DNA from: an uncultured Gemmatimonadales bacterium
Lineage (GTDB): Bacteria; Gemmatimonadota; Gemmatimonadetes; Gemmatimonadales; Gemmatimonadaceae
Length of the DNA: 64,000 bases
Direction of reading: 5' to 3'
Assembly: GCA_963850905.1 (NCBI GenBank)
Contig: CAWKMU010000003.1
Location: 2,464,001-2,528,000 of the forward strand
This document shows, piece by piece, positions 31,638 through 44,448 of this stretch. The notes below the pieces were generated by a model. It worked only from the letters and a program-made list of their open reading frames with translations. It was not told the DNA's origin and ran no database searches. Every line of letters begins with the position of its first letter. The stretch's first letter is position 1. The position numbers were made by a program, and so were the translations under genes.

Positions 31638-32889
31638 GCGCGACCATCTGCTTGCTGTCGCCTGCCCCCGTCTGGGTCAATCCCCGCATTCGTAAGGAGG
31701 CCGACGCGCTGTTCGAAGCCGGCTACGACGTCGTCGTCGGCTATCGGGCAGACGGCGAGATCAGCCGTGATGATGCGCTGCTCTCGCAGAAACCGTGGCG
31801 ATGGCACCGGATCGATGTGGCACGCCAGCGAGCGCGGGGCCAATGGTTGCGGGCCGCAATTCGGCAACGCGGAGCCGAATGGGCCGTCCGTGCGGGCTTC
31901 GGTGGCCCACGCCGAGCGGCGTATTGCCGCGCCGATGACGCGCTTTGTGACTGGGCTGTCAGCCAGCGAGCGGCGCTCTACATCGCACACACGCAACCAG
32001 TGCTCGCCGTCGCTGCAGCGGCCGCCAAGCGCACTGGAGCCGCGTTCGCCTTCGATTGCGAGGACCTCCTCGCCGAAGAGGCGGCAGATGGAGGGCTCGC
32101 CCCGTGGCGGCAGCGCATGATCGCGAGTCTCGAGCGCGAGCACTTGCCGCGTGCGGCCTATGTGTCAGCCGTCTTCGGCCCCGATGGCGTCGTATCTCCA
32201 CGAGACATACGAGTTGGGCGACGTGGCGGTCTGGCACAACTGCTTCCCGGCGGCAGAGACGGCCGCCTTGACCATACCGTCTTCTCGCCCGGCCAGCTCC
32301 ATCGCGGAACTCACGTGGCTATCGGCCACGATCGGGCCGCGGCGTGGCCTCGAGGACGTCTTTGCCGCCATGCATCGACTTCCGGACACGGTGCGACTGC
32401 ACCTATACGGTGCGCTGCCTGCGGGCCACGTTAAGTGGTTCGAGAGCCATGCAGGCGCATTGGTTCGTCGTGGAGCGGTGGTGCATCAACCGCTTCCGGT
32501 CGCAGAGCAAGTGATGGCGACGGTGGCCCGGCACCATATCGGGTTGACGCTCGATCCAAATGATTGCCTGAATCGCAGCCTTACCGTGTGCAACAAGCTC
32601 TTTCTCTATCTACAGGCCGGCCTGGCATGCATTGCCAGTGACACGCCGGGGCATCGGTCCGTGCTCGGCGCAGAAGGGCCATGCAGCGCGGTCTATCAGC
32701 CGGGTAACGTTGGGGCGCTGGCGAGTGCGCTGGAACGCTTGCGAGAGCCAGGGGAACGCCTTGCGGCCCAGCTATCGGCGTGGGAACTAGGCCAGCGGAA
32801 GTACGCGTCGGGATGCTGAGCAGCCTCGGTTCCTCGAAGCAGTCGCAGGAGCGCTTCGCGGGGCCAGCCAGCATGGGGCGGTCAGGTAG
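31634..32889 (+). CDS. Glycosyltransferase (GT4-like; frameshifted)
   Basis: Motifs NPRIRKEADAL, FDCED, RGLED and NKLFLYLQAGL..IASDT. Confidence 0.75.
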
Positions 32890-32892
32890 AGG

Positions 32893-34213
32893 GTGGGCAA
32901 CACGGCTCCCGGACGCACCTGCATCGTGGTCGCCCCGTTCTTCCCGCCGTCCGGACTCCCGCCGGCCCACCGTGCGCGGTTGTTCGTACGTCACTTGCCG
33001 TCTTTTGGTTGGACGCCAATCGTTGTCACGGTCGACGATCGAGATCGCGAGGAGCCGCTGGAGGCTGCACTTGAGCAAACGGTGGCCGCCGACATCAGGG
33101 TCGAGCGAGTCCGCGCCGTGCCTGGCTGGTTCAGCCATCGACTGGTGACCGGCGACCTCGGTCTTCGGGCGTTACCGGCGCTTGGATAGGCGTGTCATCC
33201 GCGTCAGTCGAGAGCTAAAAGGCGCGGTGGTGCTCCTCATCGTGCCCCCGTGGTATGCCCTGTGGCTGGCACCATTCATCGCACGAGCGGCTCGTGCGCC
33301 GGTGGTGGTCGACTATGTCGATCCGTGGCGCATTGAGCAGACTGGCACATTCAAGAGTCGGCTCGCAGGTTGGATTGCCGCTCACACCGAGGCAGCTGGC
33401 CTTCGCGGAGTCAGCGGTCTCTTGGCGGTCGCAGACCCCATCATCGAGGACGTCCGACAACGGTGTACCGCCCTCCGCTCCCGCGCCGGCAGCCGCTGCA
33501 CCCTATGGATTCGAGGCAGCCGATTGGACCCTCGCGCCCGACGGAGCGCCGAGTGCAGCTGTGCCGAGTCGCGACGCTGTTCCGATGATCTACGTCGGCG
33601 CGATCTCGGACGCACAGTTGCCCGTGCTCGCCGCGTTCCTTGACGCAATGCGAGACCTCCGGCACCGGGAGCCGGTGCGCGCCGCCCGGCTCCGGTTGGA
33701 GTTGTATGGGACAACCTATGCGACTGGTTCCGCGATGGCGCCGCGGGCAGCGGACCTCATAAGGGAGCGGGGGCTCCAGGACTTGGTTGTCGAGTCGCCA
33801 CCGCGAATCCCCTACGTAGAAGCCCTTCGCCTGATGGCCCATGCCGGCGCTAACATCGTGCTTGGCGACACGACGCGTTACTACGCCGCTTCCAAGCTCA
33901 TGCCCGTACTGTCCGCGCGGCGGCCTGCTCCTTGCGGTGCTTCATGAGGAGACAGAGCCCGCGCGGACTCCTCCAGCGACTGGCATGCCCAAGGTCTCGT
34001 CTGTTACGGAACGCCGGCTGCGCCGTCTCCTAGTGCGGCGGTATCCGCCATTTCCCAATTGCTTCTCGATCTCTGCTGCCCAGAGGATCCCTGTTGTGAC
34101 GTGCGATTTCGCTAGCGACCCGGCCCTCGCCGGCCGGACTGCCCAGCACATGACCGGTGTGTTGGCCAATGTCCTCGAGAAGGGTTTCCGAGGGGCGGAG
34201 GACTGCCGCGTGA
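32893..34213 (+). CDS. Glycosyltransferase (GT4-like; frameshifted)
   Basis: Motifs APFFPPS..PPAHRAR, GDLGLR, VVDYVDPW, YVGA and YAASKL.P. Confidence 0.7.
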
Positions 34214-35229
34214 CTGGGCGACGTCTTTGCGGAGCTCCGCGGAGCCCGCGTCCTGGTCACTGGGGGGCTTGGGCTTCATTGGCGCCCATGTTGTGTACCC
34301 ACCTCGTACGCGCTCTCGGTTGTCATGTCACTGTCTCTGGATGACCTTTCCAACTCTACGGCAGCCGCCCTGGCCCATCTGCCGGAGCTGGAATGTGGTC
34401 ATTTGCGATGTCCGCGACGCCTCGGTGGTAGAGCCGCATATCCGATCCAACCCGTGGGTGCTGCATCTCGCGTGTCGCACCATTCTTACCTGTGCGGACG
34501 ACCCGGATTCCGATCTGTCCGTCAACGGACTCAGTACTCTGCGAATCCTCGAGTTTCTCCGTCGCGAACGGCCGTCGGGACTTCCGGCGCTTCGTCTATG
34601 CATCGTCGACTTCGATCTACGGGAATTGTCGCCATATCCCGGCGGACGAGCTCGACCCACCCAATATTCTCAATCACTACGCGGCAACGAAATTGCTTGG
34701 CGAGAATTACACGACCCTGTATTACATGGCGTACGGCGTGCCGACAGTTTGCGTGCGGTGCTCCAACGTGTATGGGCCAGGTCAAACGACGAGCGATCCA
34801 TACTGTGGTGTGATCGGCAAGTTCTTCGACGCTGCGGAGGCCGGCCGTCCGCTTGCCGTGCACGGGGACGGGGAGCAGACCCGGGACTACGCATACGTCA
34901 ATGACGCGGTCGAAGGAACGCTTCGCGCAACCGCCGCGCCGCAGGCACTCGGGGACGTCTTCAACATCGGCACGGGCGTGGAAACCTCAGTGAACACGCT
35001 CGCCCACGAGATTCGTGCACTGACCGGCGGGCGGGCGCGTATCGAATACATCGACCGCCGCGACATCGACAACATTCGGCGGCGGGCGCTTAGCCCGAAA
35101 AGATCCGCGTCCGGCTCGGCTGGCAGCCGCAGATCCGTCTGCGAGAGGGCTTACAACGCACGGCAGAGGCCCGGGGGGGAGGGGGGGGCGCAGTGGCCAG
35201 TGCCGGCGCGGGGGAGAGCTGCCACCTAA
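34210..35229 (+). CDS. NAD-dependent epimerase/dehydratase (extended SDR; frameshifted)
   Basis: Motifs LVTGGLGFIG, YASSTSIYG, YAATK, NVYGPGQ, GDGEQTRDY and FNIGTG. Confidence 0.88.
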
Positions 35230-35274
35230 TTCTGTGCCGACCGTCGCTTCCTAGGTTGGTGGAAAATATACCCA

Positions 35275-36552
35275 ATGCAGGCCTATCCGTCGATTGATTA
35301 GGGCAATCCTCGCAAAGGGCCCCGTCGCAGCTCCGGAGTCATTCGGTTCTTCGGTTAGCTGTATTGGCGGACGCATCCCATTCAGTATCACGCTCCCTGT
35401 ACCGTGCACTAGCAGCAGTCCCGAACGTGGACCTAACGGTCTACTTCGCCCGCCGCCCGTCGTCGACCGAGCAAGGCTTGGGATTCGGCATACCGTTCTC
35501 TTCGGGATGATGACCTGCTGGGAGGTTATCGAGTCGAGTGGTTGTGTAACAGGGCCAATGATCGAAGAGCGGCGACGTGCATTCGGCCTTTTCGCGACGG
35601 ATACGCGGACTACGACACGCCAGAAATTGCCGGCATTCTAACGAGGCTGAACGCTTCGACGCCGTCTTGCTGCACGGCTGGCGGGTGCGATCAATTGGCA
35701 GGCCATTCGGGCGTGCCGTGCTCGAGGATGCCGGTATTGGTGCGGGGTGATTCGCAACTGGCGGGCGACGGGGTGCGGTCAAGCGCTCCTTGAAGCGACT
35801 TGTGTATCCGACATCTGTTGCGACAGTTCGCAGTGTGTCTGAGCGTAGGGGAGCGAAACGAGGCATACCTCCGCTACTACGGCGCGACGCAGATTGCGCG
35901 GTCGCCGCACTGCGTCGACAACGACCTATTTGCACGGCGCGCAGCCGAGAGCGCTGCCGCGGCGCATCACAAGTGCGCCGCGGGGCCTGGGAAATTGCAC
36001 CTGACGCTCTCGTTCTCGCGTTTGTGGGGAAGCTCGTAGACGTTCAAACGCCCGCTGGATCTGATCCAGAGCAGTTAGAGGACTGCCGCGAATTCACCTT
36101 CTGTTCGTTGGCAATGGGCCACTGCGCAACGACTGTTACTGAGTTGGCTCGAAAACTTGGTGTTGCCGGTGACGCTCGCAGGCTTTCTGAACCAGTCAGT
36201 CATTCCGGAAGCCTATGTGGCCGCCGACGCACTCGTCCTCCCTGCCTCCGGACGAGAGACCTGGGGCCTAGTCGTCAACGAGGCGATGGCATGTGGCCGG
36301 CCGGCGATCGTCTCGGACGCGGCGGGCTGCACACCCGATCTGATTCAGGGCAAGCACCGGATACAGCTATCCTGCAACAACGACGTTGGCGCAGCTTCGG
36401 CGCCGAGTGCAGCAGTTCCTCGAGCGAGCTCCGGATCAGGCCAAGTCGATTGGGCTATCGCCGCGGGCCAGCATGTCGCGCACTACACGCCACAGGTGGC
36501 AGCAACCGCCATCGTGCTGGCGGCACAGGACCGCTTTGGCGGAGAGGGCTAG
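35275..36552 (+). CDS. Glycosyltransferase family 4 (frameshifted; start approximate)
   Basis: Motifs HPIQYHAP, FVGKL, GFLNQS and ETWGLVVNEAMACG.P. Confidence 0.8.
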
Positions 36553-36558
36553 TCCGTA

Positions 36559-38065
36559 ATGCCAGAACAAGACAACCACCCCGTTACTCGCTGGCAACAC
36601 GATTCTGCTTCCGGATGATGGGCTCGGTCGGCGCCCGTCGCGTCGCGAGTGTACTTCCTCCCGTGGACGTCTTTGGGCATTCATCATCGTTGTTCGCCTC
36701 GCTCGTGACGGCAATGTCTGCCAGTGCCTTCGCGTACGACTCGCTCTGGATCGGCGTGAGGCATCTGGGCAACTGTCGGCCGTCGGGCTCCATACGGCTT
36801 TCGTCGCGGGTGTCAGTGCCCTGGATACCAGGTGTCATCGCTCGTCGCGCGCTGCAGTGGGTGATCGGGGCGTGGGCCGGCTACCACGTGGCCGCGCACC
36901 GCTCTATACGTCGCCATGGCCGTACGGCCGGCGACTACTTCAGCTACACGGTCCCAGCGACGCTGCTCCTCGTCGCTCGGCCTCTATCTGCCGCTGTGGC
37001 GGATGGGCCGGCGAGTGCCCCGCGCGCCACGCCAGTGCTGCCGCCGATTTCGTGCACACGTGCGACATCATGGTCGTCTGTCGGGTTCGTGGCGAGCGTC
37101 GTGCAGACCCGGCGTGCCGGTCTCGCTGCAGTACGCCTGTGTTGCTCGTCGGGTACCTCGAGCTTCGTCGGGGCATTCGCTCGGCTCGCCAGGCGCACGG
37201 GTGGGGATGGCGCCTCGCGGCCGTGCTTGCCCTGCGGGCTATCCTCTCGTCCAGCGACGGCATGTTCCACGAGCTCCTGCTGTGGATCGCGTACTCGGTC
37301 ACGCTACTGGCTTCGTGCTTCGCTGGCGGGCGCGCACGCTTGCTGATCGCGGCCCTCGCGCTGGTCGTCATGGGCACGCTCAACGAGATCAAGATCGACT
37401 ACCGGGTCGAGCTAGACGAGAACCCGGATATGTGGGTCGACGAGCGCGTCGAGCCTGGGCCACGCATTCGCCAATCAGTTCCAACAGCCGACTCGGACCG
37501 TTCAGCGATCGCTCGCTCTCTCGCACGGTGGCGCGCATCAATCAGGGGTGGATCATCTCCCGTACGCTCAACTGGGTGCCGGCCCGCGAGCCGTTCGCGC
37601 ACGGCGAGACGCTGATCGACGCGCTCCGCGCCGCCTGGTGCCACGATCCTCGATCCCGGCAAGTACATGGCCGGTGGACCGGTACTTCGAGCGATTCACC
37701 GGGCTGCCGCTATCGGCACCAGCATGAATCTCAGCGTGGCCGGCGAGATGTACGCCAACTTCGGGCAGAACGGCGGACTGGTCGGCGTCTTCATGTTTCG
37801 GGATCCTGCTCGGGCTCGTGTACCGCGTGTTCGCGCGGTGGGCCATCGGAACCGCTCTGGTGGGCGTGGGCCCCGTACGTGATGCTCTACACGATGCAGG
37901 CGGAGAACGGCATCGGTGAAGCCGTCAACCACGTGGTCCGATCAGCCTCGTCATGGTGGCCTTCATGTCGGTCGTCCCGGCGTGGGAACCGCGCTGCGCC
38001 AATGGCATCTGCGCGGACCTGTTCGGGCGGGCGGCCCGAGGTACTGCATCGACGCGCCGCCGTGA
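36559..38065 (+). CDS. Polytopic membrane protein, putative Wzy-like polymerase/ligase (frameshifted)
   Basis: Many hydrophobic fragments plus periplasmic RINQGWII...VP.REPF..GET and TSMNLS..GEMYANFG segments. Confidence 0.55.
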
Positions 38066-39217
38066 GGGTGCTGCACGTCATGCCGAGCCTCGGCGCGCGG
38101 CTACGGCGGACCGGTCGAGGCGCTGATCGGGTACGTCGTGGCGGGGCGACTGGCGGCGATCACTCGGCAGATCGTCGGGCCGCGGACGACGCCGGCGATG
38201 ACTCCCGTGGCTCCAGACGACTGCCGGACACTGCCGATGACGCAGGCCGGGCGGCGGCGGGGGCCTGTGGCGCTCGGGCGCGCAGCTGTCGATGCGCGGC
38301 CGCGCGTCGACTGCGGGGGCGGGCGCGACGTCGTGCATGTGCACGGACTGCTGAACCCGATCAGCTCGGGCGCCGCGCGGGCGGCGATCAGCCGCGGCGT
38401 CCCGGTCGTCATTGGCCCGTTCGGGACGATGTCCCGATACACGTTCGCCCACCGCCGGACCTCGCGAAGCGGATGTACTTTCGAGCGGTCGATGCGCCGA
38501 ACCTCCGCCGGGCGGCCGCACTTGCATTTCACGACGCGGCCGAGCGTGAGGAAGCGCAGTGGCACGGAATCGACGGCACCGGGCGCACATGTCGTGCCGC
38601 CGCCGTATCGCGGCGTGCCGGTACCGCCGGAGCGCCACCCGGCTGCCACGGCGTGCGCCGCGTCCTCTTTCTCGGGCGGCTGCATCCAGTAAAAGGCGTC
38701 GACGTGCTGCTCGACGCTGGGGCGATTCGTCGCGACGCATCCGATGCGCGAGCTTGCGATCGCGGGGCAGGGCACGCCCCGGTACAAGGCGGAGCGCTGC
38801 AGCGCGGCCCGACTTGACTGCGGACGCCGCGCGTCGGTGCGGTTTCCCGGATTCGTGCGAGGGGCGGACAAAGTGGCGCAGCTGGCGGGGCCAGCGTCTT
38901 CGTACTGCCGTCGCTTCACGAGAACTTCGGGATCGCGGTGCTCGATTCCGTCGCCGCGGGCGTGCCGGTCGTCGTGACGCCGGGCGTCCAACTCGCCCCG
39001 TGGGTCGAGGCGGCGGGAGGCCGGCGTCGTGGCGGAGCGTACGGCCGCGGCGGTCGCGCGACGCGATTGTCGGTGCCTCGACGACGCCGGCTCCGGGCGC
39101 GGTCGCCGCGCGGGGCGCGACGTCGTGGACGCGGATTTCGCGCCGCGCACCGTCGCGCCGGCGCTGCGGGCAATGTACGACGCGGCGCTCGCCGCGCGGC
39201 ACGGAGGCCCGGAGTGA
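38062..39217 (+). CDS. Glycosyltransferase family 4 (frameshifted)
   Basis: Motifs VLHVMPS..YGGP, DVVHVHG, LFLGRLHPVKG.D.LL and ENFG..V. Confidence 0.8.
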
Positions 39218-40995
39218 CCTCAGGGCGCGCCGGTCCACGTCCTGGGCATCAACGCGTACCACGGCGACGCGTCGGCGGCGCTTGATGCGCGACGGCGTGC
39301 TGTCGCGGCGGTCGAGGAAGAGCGGTTCCGGCGCATCAAGCACTGGGCGGGGTTCCCGCGCTGGAGCATCAGTCGCGTGCTGCGCCGGGCGGCATCACGG
39401 GCGCGACGTCGATCACGTCGCCGTGAGCCGCGATCCCGCGCGCGCACCTGCGCGCAAGGCGTGGTACACGATCGCGCACCGACCCGACACGCGCCTCGTC
39501 CGGACCGGCTGCGGAATCGCCGGCGGTCGGCGATCTGACGCGGCCCGCTCGCCGAGCGCTCGGCGTGCCGCGGACGACTGCCCCGCGTGCATTACGTCGA
39601 GCACCATCGCGCGCATCTGGCGAGCGCGTTCTTCGTGTCGCCGTTCGCCGACGCCGCCTGCTGCGCCATCGACGGGTTCGGCGACTTCGTGAGCACATCG
39701 TCGCGGCCGGGGCGCGGCACGCACATCGACGTCCTCGACCGCGTCTTCTTCCCGCATTCGCTCGGCATCCTGTACACGGCGGTCACGCAGTATCTGGGCT
39801 TTCCCGGCTACGGCGACGAGTTCAAAGTCATGGGGCTCGCGCCCTACGGAAAGCCGACGATGGTCGACGAGCATTCGCCGGCTGGTACGCTGCGACCGGC
39901 GGGCGGTTCGAGCTGGACCTCCGGTACTTCCGCCATTGGTCCGATGGCGTCGACCATGGAGTGGGAGGACGGGTACCCGACGCTGGGGCCGGTGTACACG
40001 CGCGGCACTCGAGCGAGCTACTCGGACCGGCCGCGAGGCCGACGAGCCGCTGACCACGCGGCCACGAGGACATCGCGCACTCGCTGCAGGCCGTCTACGA
40101 GGAGTGCGCGATGCACGTGCTCGACGGGCTCTGGGAGCGGACGCAGAATCCCGCGGTTGTGCCTGGCCGGCGGGTGCGCCATGAACAGCGTCGCCAACGG
40201 GAAGATTCGCGCGCACACGCCGTTCCGCGAGGTCTACATCCAGCCGGCAGCGGGCGACAACGGAACCGCGCTCGGCGCGGCCTACCACGTGTGGCACGGG
40301 TGCTGCGCGGCGAGCGCGGATTCGTCATGGACACGGATACTGGGGCCCCGCGCACGACGACGCCGAGACATCGCGACAGCTGCGAGTCGCGAGCCCGATC
40401 CGATGCACGGATTCGCAGGTCGAGCGCTCGCTTCGCCCGACGGCGGCGCGCGCGCGACCGCGCGACTCATCGCCGATGGCAATGTCGTCGGCTGGTATCA
40501 GGGCCGCATGGAATGGGGCGCGCGGGCGCTCGGCAATCGCAGCATCGTGGCCGATCCGCGGCGCGCGGACATCCGCGAGATCATCAACACCAAGATCAAG
40601 TTCCGCGAGAAGTTTCGTCCCTTCGCCCCGTCCGTCGCGGTCGAGGCGCTGGACGATTACTTCGTCGGATGCGGTGCCCGGATCCGTTCATGATCCAGGT
40701 CTATCCCGGTGCGCCCGGAGAAGCGCGGCGTCATCCCGGCGGTGACGCACGTGGATGGATCAGGGCGGCTGCAGACGGTGAGCGCAGACACCAACCCGCT
40801 GTACTATCGCCTGATCAAGGAGTTCGAGGCGCTGACTGGAGTGCCGATCGTGCTCAACACGAGCTTCAACGAAAACGAGCCGATCGTCGACACGCCGCGC
40901 AGGCGCTCGACTGCTTTCTGCGCACCAACATGGACGCGATCGTGCTCGGACCGATCGTCATGCGGCGGCTAGCGCTGCCGTCGCACGCGGCGTGA
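39214..40995 (+). CDS. Carbamoyltransferase (NodU/CmcH family; frameshifted)
   Basis: Motifs [72 protein letters not shown] and [10 protein letters not shown]. Confidence 0.92.
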
Positions 40996-42095
40996 CTACA
41001 CCGTCGGTCGCGCCGGGGATCGCGGCGGTCAGCTTTGCCGGCACAGGCGGGGGACTGGCCTATGTTGCACGCCTGCTTCGCCGGTGCACCCGACGGACTG
41101 GCAGCGGGAACCCGTGGACAGCGGCGCTCGACCCGGCGCGGTACGGCGCGGTGTCCGCGGCGAGCGAATGCCGCTTCGTCGCGCGGGTGCCGCCGCCCAG
41201 CTCGCGGGTCGGGTCGACTGGCTGGCGTTCAACCACGTCGGGATCGCCCGCGTTCAGCGATTGTTCCCCCGGCCGTGCGCCGCCCGTACGTGGTGTTCGT
41301 CCACGACGTCGAGGCGTGGGACCCGGCTGGTCCCCCGGACCGGTCGACGACACTGCGGGCCGCGGCGCTTCGTGTGGCCAACTCCCGTTACACGGCCGAC
41401 GCGTGTCGCGCAGGCCCACCCAGATTGGGCCGGTGCTCGCGTGTCCGCTGGGACTGCTCGCCGACGATCCCGGCGGCGCAGCGCAACTCCGACGGCCAGG
41501 GCTTGCGCGCGGGGCGTCCGGGGGACCGGCCTGAGCGAGCTCATGAGATCGGGCCCTCAGCGTGCTGATCGTGGGTCGGCATGCAGATGAAGAGCGGTAT
41601 AAGGGGCATGATGAGCTGCTCGAATGCTGGCCCCAGTCGTGGCGCGGGTGCCGGGTGCGCAGCTGGTTGTGGCCGGACTGGGGAACGACGTGCCCCGGCT
41701 CCAGGCCAAGGCGCGTGCCCTGGGGGTGCCACGCGTCGTATTCTGTGGGTTCCTCCCGCGCGACGCACTGACAGTGCTGTGGAGCCGAATCGCCGTGTTC
41801 GCAATGCCGAGTGCGCGAGAGGGATTCGGCCTCGTGTATCTGGAGGCGATGCGGGCCGGGCGACCCTGTATTGGGTCGACCAGCGACGCGGCAGGTGACA
41901 TCATCGTCCATGGCGAGACGGGTTGCTGGTGGACCGGGCGGATGGTCCGCATTGGCGGGGGCATCTGTGATGTTGCTGACGCAACGGCGCGCGGCGGGGG
42001 GCGATGGGAGAGGCGGGCCGTCGAAGGTTTCTGGCGGATTTCACGGCCGATCGGTTTGCGGCTCGTTTCAGCGATACCTTGACGACACCCAATGA
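40992..42095 (+). CDS. Glycosyltransferase family 4 (frameshifted)
   Basis: Motifs ANSRYT, ERYKGHD and MPS.REGFGLVYLEAM..G.P. Confidence 0.82.
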
Positions 42096-42108
42096 GCGGA
42101 CACCGTCA

Positions 42109-43090
42109 ATGACTGCACAGCCGCGACGCGCCATCGTGACCGGTGCCGGTGGATTCATCGGCCATCACCTGGTCGCGCGCCCTCAAGGCGGACGGGTATG
42201 GGTGCGTGGCGTCGATCTCAAGTATCCCGAGTTCGGAACGACGGTCGCCGACGAGTTCGAGCTGCTCGACCTCCGCCGGTGGGAGCAGTGCGAGACCGCC
42301 ATGCGTGGTGCGCGAGGGGCTGAGGTGTACAATCTGGCCGCGAACATGGGCGGCATCGGCTACATCGAGCATAACAAGGCCGTGATCATGCACGACAACG
42401 TGCTGATCAACACCCACGTGCTCGAGGCGGCCCGCGCAGGAGCAGGCGGCGCGATATCTCTACACGTCGTCGGCGTGCGTGTATCCGCTGTACCGGCAGC
42501 AGTCGCCGGATGTCACGCCGCTGCGAGAGGAGGACGCGTATCCGGCCGATCCCGAAGACGGATACGGGTGGGAGAAGCTGTTCAGCGAGCGGCAGTGCCG
42601 GCACTACTGGGAGGACTACGGGCTCGAGACCCGGGTGGTGCGGTTCCACAACATCTTCGGTCCGCTCGGGCACGTACGACGGCGGTCGCGAGAAATCGCC
42701 GGCCGCCATCTGCCGCAAAGTCGCGCTCGCGCGCGACGGCGGAGAGATCGAAGTCTGGGGAGACGGATCGCAGACCCGTTCCTATTGCTACGTCGACGAT
42801 GCGGTCGAAGGCATGCGGCGCCTGATCCATTCGTCGCACCGTGATCCGCTCAATCTCGGCCAGGAGCGGCTGATCTCGATCAACGAGCTGGTGGACCTCG
42901 TCGCGCGATCGCCGGCAAGCGCATCACGCGGCGACACGTCCGGGCGCGCTGGGTGTCCGGGGCCGGACGAGCGACAACACGCGACTGCGCGCGGTACTGG
43001 GCTGGGAGCCGGCCGTGTCGCTCGAAGAGGGCATGCGGCGGACGTACGAGTGGATCGCCGCCCAACTCGCGGCCCGGGTCGCGGCGCGCC
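42109..43090 (+). CDS. GDP-mannose 3,5-epimerase-like NAD-dependent epimerase (frameshifted; end approximate)
   Basis: Motifs VTGAGGFIG.HL, LAANMGGIG, SSACVYP, YGWEKLFSE, RFHNIFGP, GGREKSPAAICRK and WGDG.QTRS. Confidence 0.85.
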
Positions 43091-44410
43091 CGCACCATCG
43101 CGCGCGCCCGCCGTTGCTCCGCTTCGTTAACCAGCACTACGCGCCCGACGTCGCCTCGACGGGGCAGCATCTCACGGATCTCGCCGAGTATCTTCGGCGG
43201 CGGCGGGTGCCCGTCGAAGTCGTGACCGGGCGGGCGCATTACGCGGGCGGCGTGCTCGACGCGCCCGGCACGAGGTCCGCAACGGCGTGCGGGTCCGGCG
43301 ATTCCGGACCGCGGGTTCGGCCGCAGGTCGCGGCTCGGGCGGATCGTCGACTACGCAATGTTCTACGTCCAGGTCGCCTGGACATCATGGTGGGCGAGCC
43401 GGCCGGACGGGACGGTCTACCTGACGACGCCGCCGCTGCTGGGCGTCATCGGATGGATCGGCAAGCTGGCTCCGCGGGCGGCGGTACGGGATCTGGTCGA
43501 TGGATCTGCATCCCGATGCCGAAGTCGCGGCGGGGATGCTGCGGGCCGGCGGCATCCGTGGCGCGTATCTCAACTGGCTCAACGATCGTGGATACCGGCA
43601 CGCGGACTTCATCGTCGATCTGGGTCCCTACATGCGGCAGCGGATCCTGGCCAAAGGCGTCGGCTCCCGAACGGCGTCCACGGTGCCCGTCTGGGGCGCT
43701 GCGCCGCGGATCGCGCCGCGGTTGCCGCGACCGCGGCTCCCGCGCGTGCAGGCGCTGCGCGCCGCTGGGGGTTGGCAAAGGGTGTGGTGATGTATTCCGG
43801 CAACGCGGGCGTCGTGCACGAGTTCGGCCCGATACTGGATGCGATGCGCCTCATGCGCGATGACCCGACCGTATATTTCGTGTTTGCTGGCGGCGGGCCG
43901 CGGCGCGCGCGAGATCGAGGCGTTCGCCCGGCACGCAGCGATCTCGGAATTTCACGTACATCGACTATGTGTCGCGCGAGGACTGGTCGCGGACGCTGGC
44001 CGCCGCCGACATTCATCTCATTTCGCTTTGCGCCGCCTTCGCGGGCATCTCGGTTCCCGGGAAGCTGTACGGCATCATGGCGGCCGCGCGTCCCGCGCTG
44101 TTCGTCGGACCTGCCGCGTGCGAGACCGCGGACACGATCCGCGCGGCGGACTGCGGGGCGATCGTCGATCCCGGCCGACGGTGGTGCGGCGGACGCGTCG
44201 TGGCCGCGATTCGCGCATGGCGCGCGATCCCGGGGCTGCGCGGGCGGCGGGGGCGCGCGGATCGGCGGCGTACTCTCGCGAGTACCAGCGCGGACCGAAC
44301 TGCGCGGCATTCGCCGAAGTCTTGCCGAGCGTGGCCGGACATTGCGCACGGCGCCACGGAACGGTGATCACCCGCAGGCAGATTGCGACACTACGGATGC
44401 GTCTCAGTGA
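43090..44410 (+). CDS. WcaI-like glycosyltransferase family 4 (frameshifted; boundaries approximate)
   Basis: Motifs NQHYAPD..STGQ.LTDLA, TTPPLL, MDLHPD, MYSGN.G..H and VPGKLYGIMAA.RP. Confidence 0.8.
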
Positions 44411-44448
44411 TTTACCCATTCGCGACCGCGCGGGAGTGCCAGTATCGC

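Noticed and set aside
35173..35188. G7-A-G8 tract as a phase-variation switch or G-quadruplex
   Set aside because: It lies at the extreme 3' end of the epimerase in a low-quality region, where homopolymers are unreliable.
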